IMG/VR virus record: IMGVR_UViG_2874968258_000008
Origin: a virus
Taxonomy: Duplodnaviria > Heunggongvirae > Uroviricota > Caudoviricetes
DNA: 38,535 nucleotides
Strand: one strand, 5' to 3'
Shown: in pieces, positions 1-9,414 of the stretch
How positions within the stretch are numbered: position 1 is the first letter of the stretch
How the letters are laid out: every line of letters starts with the position of its first letter
Position numbers and translations under genes: made by a program
Notes under the pieces: generated by a model
Seen by the model: the letters and a program-made list of their open reading frames with translations, nothing else
What the model was told of the DNA's origin: nothing
The model's database searches: none

Positions 1-141
1 TTACTGCTTACACTGTAAGAACGCCGCAAACTCCGCTCCCCAGAAGCTCATCCGTATTTCACACAGCGAACCGTGCAACATCCAGATGATGAGGATTGCC
101 GTCACGCAGAACGTGATGGTCGTAAGCGATTTTTGCGACAT
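1..141 (-). CDS. hok: Hok/Gef-family type I toxin peptide (46 aa); below the size cutoff of the supplied ORF track
   Basis: Manual translation of minus strand from ATG (141-139) to TAA (3-1): MSQKSLTTITFCVTAILIIWMLHGSLCEIRMSFWGAEFAAFLQCKQ; N-terminal hydrophobic helix followed by SLCEIR...AAF signature typical of Hok/Gef toxins; overlapped out of frame by a 70-codon ORF (59..271). Confidence 0.5.
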   Translation of the reverse strand: MSQKSLTTITFCVTAILIIWMLHGSLCEIRMSFWGAEFAAFLQCKQ

Positions 142-271
142 AGCACTTGCTCCTTTTCCGGAGAGGCGCTAACCTTTCACTTGTCAAGGTAATGCGGTTA
201 GGGCCTCGGTTAAACAGAGATGTTTTCCGGGGCCTTTCCACATCTGGCCTTCGGGTATTCCCTCCGACCAT
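59..271 (-). CDS. mok: mok-like overlapping reading frame of the hok locus (70 codons)
   Basis: 70-aa ORF in the supplied track overlapping the hok frame in another frame, same arrangement and length as mok in hok/sok loci; function inferred only from architecture. Confidence 0.3.
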   Translation of the reverse strand: MVGGNTRRPDVERPRKTSLFNRGPNRITLTSERLAPLRKRSKCYVAKIAYDHHVLRDGNPHHLDVARFAV

Positions 272-331
272 CAGCCGAAAGGCACCCGCGCGTAATCTAT
301 CGCTTTTTTGTTACTCCGGCAATTCTGCCTG

Positions 332-592
332 TTAATTCTGAGGTAAAGGCAAGCTCATCTGATTGTTTCCCCTGTGTGAAGCTGGCAGATCATGCCACGG
401 GATATCTTCTGAAGAGTGAACGCCGGAGGCGTGTTTTGATGTGAATTTATGGAAAGCTTCCAGTGTTGAGAAGCATACGCCGCATTCCAGATTGTTACAC
501 TGGTAATACTTTTGCCGCACGGTGTTTGAATCATTTTCCGGACGACTGGTGCGGATACGGGCAGATGCGCCACAAAGCGGACAACGGAACAT
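332..592 (-). CDS. ogr: Ogr/Delta-family zinc-finger late-gene transcription activator
   Basis: 86-aa ORF starting MFRCPLCGASARIRTSR...YYQCNNLECGVCF, matching the CxxC...CxxC N-terminus of P2 Ogr; located downstream of D as in P2. Confidence 0.8.
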   Translation of the reverse strand: MFRCPLCGASARIRTSRPENDSNTVRQKYYQCNNLECGVCFSTLEAFHKFTSKHASGVHSSEDIPWHDLPASHRGNNQMSLPLPQN

Positions 593-835
593 AGCGACCT
601 CCCTTAACGTAGTGCAGGGGCTATTCTAAGTTGTTCTGGCTCATACTCCAACAGCCAGTCCGTTTCGAGCGAAAAGCGGTGATTTAACTCTTGAAGAAAT
701 AGGCTTTGATACGATTTATCCAAAGCCTGTAAAAGATTGGAATGTTTTTTATCCTGTCATCTATTTTGGGAAAAGATCAGGAAATAGTTATGCACTTATA
801 GATTTACTATAGCATTGTATTATTTGAGTACACCC

Positions 836-2338
836 TCATGTTTTGATTTGTGCGCTAATAGAACTTTTCTGTCTTTTCTTCTGCTCTTGAATGTATGTCT
901 GCACCATTTCTGTTATGGTTGAAAATGCACTATGTTCTTCTATAGTTATTTTTAATTTAAATGTTTTAATGACCGGATTGGTAAGGTTATTTGCATCAAC
1001 TCTCACCTCAATTGCACCATTCACTTTCTTTGGTTTGTTGGCTGTATATACGAACAACGGGAATATTTCTTCTTTGACTTGATGACGCCACTCTTCGCAT
1101 TCCAGCGATACAACTTGAACTGGCTCATTTCTCTTTTCTTTATAATAAAAATCGTTTTTATCCCTTTCTGTTGGAGTAAGAGATAACAAAGGACCAATTT
1201 CTTTTGAAATTATACTGGATAGCGGTGTTTCCAAAGCTCCCCCAGCGTAAGGCATTCTTTCTGTTACGCCACATACACTACGCCATTTTCCTTTGGGGGC
1301 GGTAGGGGCTGAAGGTAGGTCAATCCTTTTGCTTTCAGTCAGCTCTTCCATTATCTCCCAATTAAATCCACACAGACGAAAATCTCCTTTTGCTGTAAAT
1401 GTTACCACAGCACGTTCAGCGATAGTATAACCTGTGTTTTGTAATAAAAACGACAGCGGGTAATTTATTGCCTTCGGATTAATATGAGTATGACAGTTTT
1501 TCAGTATTTCTTCACACTGCTTTTTCCAAAGTGGATAATGTTTTTCTTTATAAAGAGAAATATCATCTGCTGATACAGGGAAATACTCCTGTTGACTAAA
1601 TGACTTGATGATTTTTTCTAGTGATTGTGGGGTAGTTTGTTCATTGTCAAAGTTTGTAACCAATGGGAATGCATCCGTTAGTTGACAAAGCAAATTATCA
1701 ACTTCATATTCAGATAAAGCTGTATAATAAGGAAGTACAATATTTAATTGCTCGTCATCGGCTACTTTAATGCTGAAATCGGGCATAGACTGAGTGAATT
1801 GCTTCAGCTTAGCTTCCAGCAATTTAATTTGTTTATCCTTTTCATCTGGCTCAGCAGGAAGCAACCATGAAGAAGGCACTTTATAGCAGATTATATTATG
1901 TTTTATTGCTGAAAAACGTGGACCGCTATCATTGGTAATGATTGCCACCTCCGAATCTGGATCGTCAGCGCAATACCCTGCCGCAATACCAACAAAACGA
2001 TCGTCGGCCTCCTGATAATCCAATTGTTCAGATAACTGTTCACATGGTTTCAGGCTTAGATCCATGGTAAGAAAAACTCGCGGCGAGCGTTCACGAATAA
2101 CAAGAGTCATGTCAGTTGAATCAACTACTTGATTAAATAGGCTAGCAGCCTTCCTTGCTTTTTTGGATAGGCGGGAATTACCTTGCCCTTTCTGGCGGTC
2201 AATCTCTTGCTGAATGGGCCTTGTAATAATGATACATACTTCATCACAAGCAGTAATCTCGGAAAAATTTACCTGCGTCAAGTCCTTGCATTGTAGAAAA
2301 ATGTTTGAGTCTGGGAATAAATACAGCTTTTTGTTCAT
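836..2338 (-). CDS. Cargo protein, 500 aa, N-terminal PIN-like nuclease domain plus about 350 aa of unknown C-terminal region
   Basis: Long ORF in a markedly AT-rich island between D and ogr; N-terminus LYLFPDSNIFL...VCIIITRPIQQEIDR...VAIITNDSGPRF has the spaced acidic residues on predicted strand ends typical of PIN domains; RBS-like GAGG before ATG; no P2 counterpart at this position. Confidence 0.7.
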   Translation of the reverse strand: MNKKLYLFPDSNIFLQCKDLTQVNFSEITACDEVCIIITRPIQQEIDRQKGQGNSRLSKKARKAASLFNQVVDSTDMTLVIRERSPRVFLTMDLSLKPCEQLSEQLDYQEADDRFVGIAAGYCADDPDSEVAIITNDSGPRFSAIKHNIICYKVPSSWLLPAEPDEKDKQIKLLEAKLKQFTQSMPDFSIKVADDEQLNIVLPYYTALSEYEVDNLLCQLTDAFPLVTNFDNEQTTPQSLEKIIKSFSQQEYFPVSADDISLYKEKHYPLWKKQCEEILKNCHTHINPKAINYPLSFLLQNTGYTIAERAVVTFTAKGDFRLCGFNWEIMEELTESKRIDLPSAPTAPKGKWRSVCGVTERMPYAGGALETPLSSIISKEIGPLLSLTPTERDKNDFYYKEKRNEPVQVVSLECEEWRHQVKEEIFPLFVYTANKPKKVNGAIEVRVDANNLTNPVIKTFKLKITIEEHSAFSTITEMVQTYIQEQKKRQKSSISAQIKT

Positions 2339-2563
2339 TCAAACCTCAACTATGTCAATGGTGTTAGATTAATATAATAATAGTTATCAATTGGTTATCA
2401 AAGCATGATTCTTACCACCCCTGATGTCAGGTAGGAAAACACCATATGTTTCTGCTCTGTTTTTCCTTAGAAATAGGCATCCTTGCTGGAACAAAGCGAG
2501 CAGCTATATTGACTCTATGTTGTGAGTGTGTTGATCCGTTCTGAGTTAATACATTTAAGTTGC

Positions 2564-3673
2564 TCACTCTGTTTCTGCTATCCATTCCGGGATTTTTGCC
2601 TCAAGCTCAAGCTGCGTGGTAAAGCCGCTGTTATCAATGGTGTGCTCGGCTTTTGCAATAATCCAGTCCTGATTATCAATCTCGCTTTTAAATCCTGTTA
2701 CCGTGCCATGCATTTCGGGGTAGAGTTCTGCACGTCCATGCGCCAGTGTGATGGAGAATGATGCGGCTCCGCGTTGTAGCTGCTGCCACTTTGCCGCCGC
2801 TGCACGTCTTGCTGCCTGCTCGTTCTGATAAGTTTTGCGTAACACAAACACGTTGCCTTCCGCACCTTCCATATAGTCGCCTTCCCGGCTGCTGCTTTTC
2901 TCCTTTTTTGGTTTTGACGGTTTGCGGCGTTTCACGCTGACTTTTTTCTTTTTCCCGTAATTAAGATCAAGCCAGTAAGCGCGTACCCCCGTATACGCTT
3001 CGCGGTCAGCAATGCGGAACTGATGGCGATCGCCGCTGCTGCGTGTGATGGCGAACGAGGGCAACGGCTGGCCCTGTGCGTTCACGCCACCACCGGGCAT
3101 GATGAATAACAGATTACCGCTTTTTACCGTGGTGATTGCGCCCAGCATTTCCGCCATGCGCGTAAGGAAGGACATGTCGCTTTCTTCGGTCTGGTCGGCG
3201 TGGTCGATTTCGATATCCATCAGCATTTCGCTGATTTGCGGTTTCAGACCATACCGATGAGCGATGGCGGATACCACACGCTCAACGGTCACATCATGCC
3301 AGGACACCTCACGTTTAACGTTAAATTCAGCCCGAAAATCTGCGCTTCTGGCTGAAACAGTCAGCCTGTCCGGCGGTCCTTCGTGAGCGATTTCATCAAC
3401 AATGTAAGTGCCTTTTTCTGTCAGCGGTTCTCCCTTCCAGCCAATGAGAACCGTCAGGCGCGCGCCCCGTGGCGGTAGCTGCAACTGACCATCCGCATCA
3501 TCCAGCGTGATGGTGAGCTGGTCCGCCTCAAATCCCCGGTTGTCGGTCAGTGACAGGCTCATCAGGCGCTCTGCCACGCCTGACAGCGTTTTACCCTCCG
3601 CGAGAATATCAAAATCCGGCATTTTCACGGGGTCTGTGCCCTGACTGAGCAATTGCATGGTGGTGTCGGTCAT
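2564..3673 (-). CDS. D: Tail protein gpD (late control D protein family)
   Basis: 369-aa reading frame from internal ATG at 3673 preceded by GGGAGGGAG RBS (ORF track extends to 3805); sequence typical of P2 gpD / Mu gpP family. Confidence 0.85.
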   Translation of the reverse strand: MTDTTMQLLSQGTDPVKMPDFDILAEGKTLSGVAERLMSLSLTDNRGFEADQLTITLDDADGQLQLPPRGARLTVLIGWKGEPLTEKGTYIVDEIAHEGPPDRLTVSARSADFRAEFNVKREVSWHDVTVERVVSAIAHRYGLKPQISEMLMDIEIDHADQTEESDMSFLTRMAEMLGAITTVKSGNLLFIMPGGGVNAQGQPLPSFAITRSSGDRHQFRIADREAYTGVRAYWLDLNYGKKKKVSVKRRKPSKPKKEKSSSREGDYMEGAEGNVFVLRKTYQNEQAARRAAAAKWQQLQRGAASFSITLAHGRAELYPEMHGTVTGFKSEIDNQDWIIAKAEHTIDNSGFTTQLELEAKIPEWIAETE

Positions 3674-3830
3674 CTGCTCCCTCCCTGTGTGGCATGGTCG
3701 CATGTGCGTGCGGAGGGGGTTACTGCTTTTTGTTGTCGCCGTGGCGGGAGAATGGCGCAGGGGTGAGATTACGCGCGTGGTGGGTGATGATTGTTGCCGA
3801 ATCATTTAACGGATACAAGGGGTTGAAGCT

Positions 3831-5015
3831 ATGAGTGAAACTCGTTTTCATGGTGCCCGTGTTACGGAAAATACCGACCTGGTAACAGCGATTAACGATG
3901 TTGATTCCAGCGTTATCGGTATCGTGGCAACGGCGGATGATGCGGACGCGGAGCTGTTCCCGCTGAACAAGCCCACACTGCTGCCCCGCGTCAATGACGT
4001 GCTGGGAAAATGCGGAACAACGGGGACGCTTTATCGTGCGCTTAAGGCCATCGCAGACCAGGTGAGCACAAAGGTGATCGTCGTTCGCGTGGCTGAACAC
4101 AAAGAAGAAGACGGAAAAACGCAGGATCAACTGGTTATCGGTGGTTCTGAATCTGACGGCAGCTATACGGGGATGTATGCGCTGCTTGTTGCAGAGCAGG
4201 ATGAAAGCATCGGATACCGTCCGCGTATTCTGGCCGCGCCGGAGCTGGACACGGAGGCGGTGACAAAATCCCTGTGCGTGATTGCGGGTAAACTGCGCGC
4301 GTTTGTGTATGCCTCATGTCATGACTGTAACACGATGGCTGAGGCAATTACCTACCGCCAGAAATTCAACGAACGTGAGGTGATGCTCTTATGGCCGGAC
4401 TTCATCGCCTACAACCCGAAAAGTGGCAAAAACGAAACGTTCCCCGCGCCTGCCTATGCGTGCGGCCTTCGTGCGTACATTGACCATGAGCAGGGCTGGC
4501 ACAAATCGCTGTCCAACGTTCCGGTTAAAAATGTGCTGGGGATGTCCAGGCATGTGTTCTGGTCGTTGCAGGCCGAAGACAGTGATGCCAACAGCCTCAA
4601 CAACAAAGAAATCACGACCATTATTCGTCGCAACGGGTTCCGCTTCTGGGGCAACCGCACACCGGAAACGAACGCCTACATCTTTGAGGTGTATACCCGA
4701 ACCGCACAGGTGCTGGCTGATTCAATTGCGGAAGCGCAGTTTGAAACCATCGACAGTCCACTGACGCCTGCGAACGTGAAGGATGTTATCGGTGCCATCA
4801 GGGCAAAACTGGATTCACTGGTTACTGCCGGGAAACTGATTGGGGCGTCGTGCTGGTATGACGTGGTGGATAACGGCACCACGAATTTACGTCAGGGGCG
4901 CGTGCGTATTCGCTACAAATATACGCCTGTTCCCCCGCTGGAAGACATGGAGCTTTACCAGTCGTTTACTGATGAATTCTTTGGTCCCGCATTTGCGGTG
5001 CTGGGAGGTGCCTGA
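3831..5015 (+). CDS. FI: Tail sheath protein gpFI
   Basis: 394-aa ORF; conserved DADAE.FPLNKP and GTLY.AL.AIADQ motifs of P2 FI. Confidence 0.9.
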   Translation: MSETRFHGARVTENTDLVTAINDVDSSVIGIVATADDADAELFPLNKPTLLPRVNDVLGKCGTTGTLYRALKAIADQVSTKVIVVRVAEHKEEDGKTQDQLVIGGSESDGSYTGMYALLVAEQDESIGYRPRILAAPELDTEAVTKSLCVIAGKLRAFVYASCHDCNTMAEAITYRQKFNEREVMLLWPDFIAYNPKSGKNETFPAPAYACGLRAYIDHEQGWHKSLSNVPVKNVLGMSRHVFWSLQAEDSDANSLNNKEITTIIRRNGFRFWGNRTPETNAYIFEVYTRTAQVLADSIAEAQFETIDSPLTPANVKDVIGAIRAKLDSLVTAGKLIGASCWYDVVDNGTTNLRQGRVRIRYKYTPVPPLEDMELYQSFTDEFFGPAFAVLGGA

Positions 5016-5527
5016 TGGCTGTACCAAAACATCTTCGCTTTTTTACGCTGTTTGTGGATGGTGAAAACGAAGTGGGTAAGGTGACGTCCGTCACTCTGCC
5101 TAAGCTGACGCGCAAAACCGACAGCTACCGGGGTGGTGGCATGATGGGAGCGGTAAGTATTGATCTCGGCCTGGATGACTCCGCGCTTGATGCGAGCTTT
5201 GTCATGGGGGGCGCAGTTCGTGAGCTGTTCCTTAAGTATGGCGGCACGATTGACGGTACGCTGCTGCGTTTTGCGGGTGAATACTACACCGACGCTGAAA
5301 GCGACCTGTATGAAGTCGAAATGCGCGGACGTGTGACGGAAATTGATATGGGGGAAGCCAAACAGGGCGAAGCCACATCACACACTTACGCCATTAAAAA
5401 CACCTACTACAAGCTGAGTGTTAACGATCGCCCGTTGTGGGAGATTGACCTGCTGAACTTCATTTACCGGAAGGACGGCAGGGACATTGTGCCCGATCGC
5501 ATCCGTTCCGCGCTCGGGCTTGGCTGA
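5015..5527 (+). CDS. FII: Tail tube protein gpFII
   Basis: 170-aa ORF immediately after FI with ATGA start/stop overlap; P2 FII-like sequence. Confidence 0.9.
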   Translation: MAVPKHLRFFTLFVDGENEVGKVTSVTLPKLTRKTDSYRGGGMMGAVSIDLGLDDSALDASFVMGGAVRELFLKYGGTIDGTLLRFAGEYYTDAESDLYEVEMRGRVTEIDMGEAKQGEATSHTYAIKNTYYKLSVNDRPLWEIDLLNFIYRKDGRDIVPDRIRSALGLG

Positions 5528-5581
5528 TAAGTAATATGCAGGCGGCGCAGTGCGTCGCCTCTGACTGAAAGGAGTTTCCTG

Positions 5582-5947
5582 ATGAAAGAGACGAAAAACA
5601 TCGATACCGAAAACACGGTCGTTGCTGACACTGTGAAAGAAACCAGTGAGCGTGGCGTAAAACTTACCCAACCAATTGAGCGAGGCGGCGAAAAAATCAC
5701 GTATGTGGAGATCACCGGGGCTATTGAGCAGGCTGGATCTCTGCGAGATTTGTCGCTGTCTGATGTGCTGAATTTGAAAGCGGAATCCATGTTTACGCTG
5801 CTGTCACGCGTGACATCACCGCGACTGGATGAAGTGACGATCAAAAAAATGGCATCCCGTGACTTTATTCAGTTATGTGTGGTTGCCGTAAATTTTTTGA
5901 GCGGTGCGGACTCTGGCGAGAAGAACGAACAGGCGACGGAAGCCTGA
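5582..5947 (+). CDS. E: Tail assembly chaperone gpE
   Basis: 121-aa ORF between FII and the tape measure gene, position and size as P2 E. Confidence 0.8.
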   Translation: MKETKNIDTENTVVADTVKETSERGVKLTQPIERGGEKITYVEITGAIEQAGSLRDLSLSDVLNLKAESMFTLLSRVTSPRLDEVTIKKMASRDFIQLCVVAVNFLSGADSGEKNEQATEA

Positions 5948-6111
5948 TCACGGTTGTGTGCTTTGAGCACATAGAAGACTTTGTGGCGGATATTGCCGCC
6001 ATTTTTAACTGGTCGCCCGCCGAAATCTTCATGATGACGCCCGGCGAAGTGGTTAGCTGGCGTGAGCGGGCGGCACTTCGCAGCGGGAATGCAGACAATG
6101 AAGACTCTTGA
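5582..6111 (+). CDS. gpE+E' frameshift fusion (programmed -1 ribosomal frameshift)
   Basis: Slippery heptamer T_TTT_TTG at 5893-5899 in E frame; -1 frame continues open to TGA at 6109-6111 (ORF 5875..6111) overlapping the start of T, as for P2 E/E' and lambda G/GT. Confidence 0.55.
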
Positions 6112-8905
6112 TATCCGGGTCGCTTTCAGCGCCGTTGACAGGCTGACCCGGCCTGCCGAAAACGCCCGCCGCCTGATGGGGCAGTTTGGTGACTCCATCC
6201 AGCGAACGCAGGGGGCGATCAAAAATCTCGAGCGTCAGGCGCGTTCATTTGAGCGCGCCCGTGACGCTGTCAGTAAAGCGGATGCGGGCATCGTGAAAGC
6301 ACGACGCCAGCTTAACGCCCTTAATCAGTTACAACGCACGGGTACAGTGCTCAGCGAAAAACAACAAAAGCTGATGCAGCAGTTAAGCACCCGGCTTGAA
6401 CGCCTGAATGAATCGCGCACACGGGAAATTCAGAAAATGCGGGAACTTGGCGGAGAGCTGAAACGCCACGGCATTTCCCTGACAGGCAGCGATAACACCA
6501 TCCAGCAGGCCATCAGACGCACCGGACAATACAACAACCAGCTTGAACGCGAACGGCGGGCGCTTGCGCGTGTAACGCAGGCGCGTGAGCGGTATTCACG
6601 CGCGCAGGAAACAGCGGGAAAACTGAAAACAGGTGGTGCGCTGGCAACAGGTGCGGCGGCAGCGGGCGGCTATGCTGCCGGGCGTTTTTTGCAGCCCGCT
6701 ATCGGGTTCGGGAAAGAGATGTCCCGTGTTCAGGCACTGACGCGAATCGATAAAAACAGCCCGCAGTTTAAGGCGCTGCGTGAGCAGGCGTTAAAACTTG
6801 GCTCTGAAACGCAGTTCACCGCAGGCGATGCCGCCAGTGGACAGGCATTTCTTGCAATGGCTGGTTTCACACCGCAGGCCATTCAGGCTGCGCTTCCCGG
6901 CGTGCTGAGCATGGCAACGGCTGGCGGTATGGACCTCGGCGAGACGGCGGATATTGGTTCCAATATCCTGACGCAGTTCGGCCTCTCTGCTGACCAGATG
7001 GACCGGGTCGGTGACACACTTACCGCAGCGTTTACCCGTACCAACACTGACCTTCGCGCACTGGGCGAAACCATGAAATATGCAGGTCCGGTGGCGGGTA
7101 AGCTGGGAATATCGCTGGAGCAGGCCGCAGCGATGGCGGGCGTGCTGGCGAAGATGGGTATCAGGGGGAGTGATGCAGGTACAGCGTTGCGTAAAAGCCT
7201 GGCCAATCTGTCATCACCGCCAAAGGCAGCGGCAGAAGCACTGAAAGAGCTGGGGGTGTCAGTTGCTGACGCCAAAGGCAAAATGCGCCCGATGGAGAAT
7301 GTGCTGGCCGATCTCTATAAAGCCACCCGCAAATACGGGGAGGTTGACCGGGTATCGTTCTTTAAGGACATTGCCGGAGAAGAGGCTTTCACATCATTTA
7401 TGGGCCTCGTTGATGCGGCAGGTGACGGCTTCTTAGCCAAACTGAGAAAAGAACTTGAAGGCGCGCGCGGTGAGGCAGAACGCACGGCAAAGGTTATGGC
7501 CAATAACCTTGATGGCAACCTGAAATCACTCGGCAGTGCATGGGAAGGTCTGCGTATTCGCATCAGTGATCTGGTTGACGGTCCGCTGCGTTCTGTCACG
7601 CAGTGGCTCACGCGGGTTGTCTCAAAGGTGACGGCGCTGGCGCAGGCCCACCCGGCACTGACGCGCCAGTTACTGATAGCGGGAGGCGCACTGCTGGCGA
7701 CAACAGCAACGGTTGGTTCGTTGTCTCTGGTTATTGGGGTGCTTCACGGGAAGCTGGCTACGTTGCGTCTCGGTTTTTCTCTCCTGACCGAATCAATGAA
7801 TGTTGTCAGGGTTCTGCCTGCATTATGGGGAATGGTGACGGGTTCCGTTTCTTTACTTGGTGGCGCTATCGGGGCGCTGTTCAGTCCGGTTAGTCTTATC
7901 GTGGCTGCGCTTGCCGGAGCTGCCGTTCTTATCTGGAAATACTGGGATCCCATCAGGGCATTTTTTGCCGGGGTGTTCAGCGGGATTATGGAAAGGCTGA
8001 CCCCGTTGCGCGAAACCTTTGAACGGTTTGGCCCTGTTTTTGATGTCGTGCGCGATGGGATTATTCAGGTCTTTAACTGGTTTAAATCGCTGCTGTCACC
8101 GATGGAGTCCAGCAAGGAAACGCTGGATAAATGTGCCAGTGCTGGCGAGATATTCGGTAACGTTCTTGGCGGTGCGTTACAACTTGTTCTGACACCTGCA
8201 AAAATGCTACTGGATACGCTGGCGTGGATACTTGAAAAACTTGGCGTCCTTCCGGATGAAGCGGAAAGGGCGCGCAAGAAAATCGAAGACGCACAGCGTG
8301 CGGCCATTCTTCAGGACAAGGTTGCCTTGCTTCAGGGGAACCTGGCGAAAATCAATCCGCCGAAGCCTGTGGAAAATGGCAATGGCACCGGAGGTGATAA
8401 ACCCAAAGACAACAAACCGCTCACAGACAGCAATACCGGGACGCTACGCAGACTCAGCAAAATTGCTGATAACACAGGTAAGCTGGTTGATGAGACGAAA
8501 AAACGCATTGGCCCCGGCGATATTGTCTTTAAGAACCTGCCCCGCGCACTTGCTGTTCGTGGGGAGTGGCAGGAGCGGAAGATTGCGCAGGTCAGTAAGC
8601 CTGCCCCCGCAATTAATATCACACCCGTGGTCCCGGCTCCGCTGCCTCCGGCGCTGGTCCCTGTTGTTGCGGCCAGCTCCCGCCCGGTGGCGGAGGCCAT
8701 ACGCTCTCCAGTGGCATCAGTTCCTGTAACTTCCCGTAACCGGGAGCCTGTTGCCTCCGGATTTGGTGGTGAAATTCATGTTCATCTGCATAACGTTGTT
8801 ACGCAGAATCCCCGCGAACTGGCGAAACTGGTCGGTGAAATGGTCAGGGCAGAAATGGAACGGCGCGCCCGTGCCGGGCGTGGCAGTTTTTACGATAAAG
8901 ATTGA
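6089..8905 (+). CDS. T: Tail tape measure protein gpT
   Basis: About 940-aa ORF, Ala/Gly-rich with central hydrophobic segments, follows E/E'; start could be ATG 6089 or 6098 (ORF track opens at 6062). Confidence 0.85.
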   Translation: MQTMKTLDIRVAFSAVDRLTRPAENARRLMGQFGDSIQRTQGAIKNLERQARSFERARDAVSKADAGIVKARRQLNALNQLQRTGTVLSEKQQKLMQQLSTRLERLNESRTREIQKMRELGGELKRHGISLTGSDNTIQQAIRRTGQYNNQLERERRALARVTQARERYSRAQETAGKLKTGGALATGAAAAGGYAAGRFLQPAIGFGKEMSRVQALTRIDKNSPQFKALREQALKLGSETQFTAGDAASGQAFLAMAGFTPQAIQAALPGVLSMATAGGMDLGETADIGSNILTQFGLSADQMDRVGDTLTAAFTRTNTDLRALGETMKYAGPVAGKLGISLEQAAAMAGVLAKMGIRGSDAGTALRKSLANLSSPPKAAAEALKELGVSVADAKGKMRPMENVLADLYKATRKYGEVDRVSFFKDIAGEEAFTSFMGLVDAAGDGFLAKLRKELEGARGEAERTAKVMANNLDGNLKSLGSAWEGLRIRISDLVDGPLRSVTQWLTRVVSKVTALAQAHPALTRQLLIAGGALLATTATVGSLSLVIGVLHGKLATLRLGFSLLTESMNVVRVLPALWGMVTGSVSLLGGAIGALFSPVSLIVAALAGAAVLIWKYWDPIRAFFAGVFSGIMERLTPLRETFERFGPVFDVVRDGIIQVFNWFKSLLSPMESSKETLDKCASAGEIFGNVLGGALQLVLTPAKMLLDTLAWILEKLGVLPDEAERARKKIEDAQRAAILQDKVALLQGNLAKINPPKPVENGNGTGGDKPKDNKPLTDSNTGTLRRLSKIADNTGKLVDETKKRIGPGDIVFKNLPRALAVRGEWQERKIAQVSKPAPAINITPVVPAPLPPALVPVVAASSRPVAEAIRSPVASVPVTSRNREPVASGFGGEIHVHLHNVVTQNPRELAKLVGEMVRAEMERRARAGRGSFYDKD

Positions 8906-8911
8906 GGAGTC

Positions 8912-9406
8912 ATGGCCATGATGATGATCTACGGCATGTTTGTTTTTGAGCTGCGTACATTGCCGCATCAGCAGTTACAGCAAAACAAAAGCTGGCGGCA
9001 TGTGAAAAATGAACGCGTTAACCGTTCGGCAAGCTGGCAGTATATCGGTGCAGGTGATGAGCGCATCGTTCTTTCTGGTGTGCTTTATCCTGAAATTACA
9101 GGTGGCGAAGTGTCGCTGTCGCTGCTGACCACGCAGGCGTATACAGGACGACCCTGGCCTCTGATTGATGGCGTCGGGCAGATTTACGGCATGTATGTCC
9201 TGACCGAAACGAATACGACCCGCTCCGAGTTTGATCGCTACGGTAAGGCGAAAAAGATAGAATTTTCACTGACTCTTGAACGCTGTGATGAGGATTTGCG
9301 GGAGCGCCTGCAATCCTCATCGTTCAGCGATATGCTGTCCGGCTTCAAAGATAAGGTAACATCATCCCTTAACAGCGCGGCCAGTTCAGTTAAAGGGTTG
9401 TTCTGA
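8912..9406 (+). CDS. U: Tail protein gpU
   Basis: 164-aa ORF, YGMFVFELRTLPHQ N-terminus similar to P2 U; directly after T. Confidence 0.85.
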   Translation: MAMMMIYGMFVFELRTLPHQQLQQNKSWRHVKNERVNRSASWQYIGAGDERIVLSGVLYPEITGGEVSLSLLTTQAYTGRPWPLIDGVGQIYGMYVLTETNTTRSEFDRYGKAKKIEFSLTLERCDEDLRERLQSSSFSDMLSGFKDKVTSSLNSAASSVKGLF

Positions 9407-9414
9407 TTTAACAC

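Noticed and set aside
3674-3805. N-terminal 44-codon extension of the gpD ORF
   Set aside because: Internal ATG at 3673 has a strong GGGAGGGAG RBS; the extension has none and is rich in Ser/Thr/Pro, so the shorter frame is preferred.
3674-3830. Ogr-dependent late promoter element (TGT-N12-ACA dyad) upstream of FI, and likewise around 25083..25236 upstream of O and P
   Set aside because: Scanned by eye; only imperfect candidates were found (an ACA-N12-TGT arrangement near 25165), so no promoter is called without a proper motif search.
3720-4130. 136-aa minus-strand ORF
   Set aside because: Antisense to the 5' part of the sheath gene FI; no support.
6883-8700. Several 80-165 aa ORFs on both strands inside the tape measure gene (6883..7281, 7315..7611, 8232..8729 and others)
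   Set aside because: All lie within the tape-measure coding region in other frames; Ala/Ser/Arg-rich translations typical of alternative frames of an Ala/Gly-rich gene.
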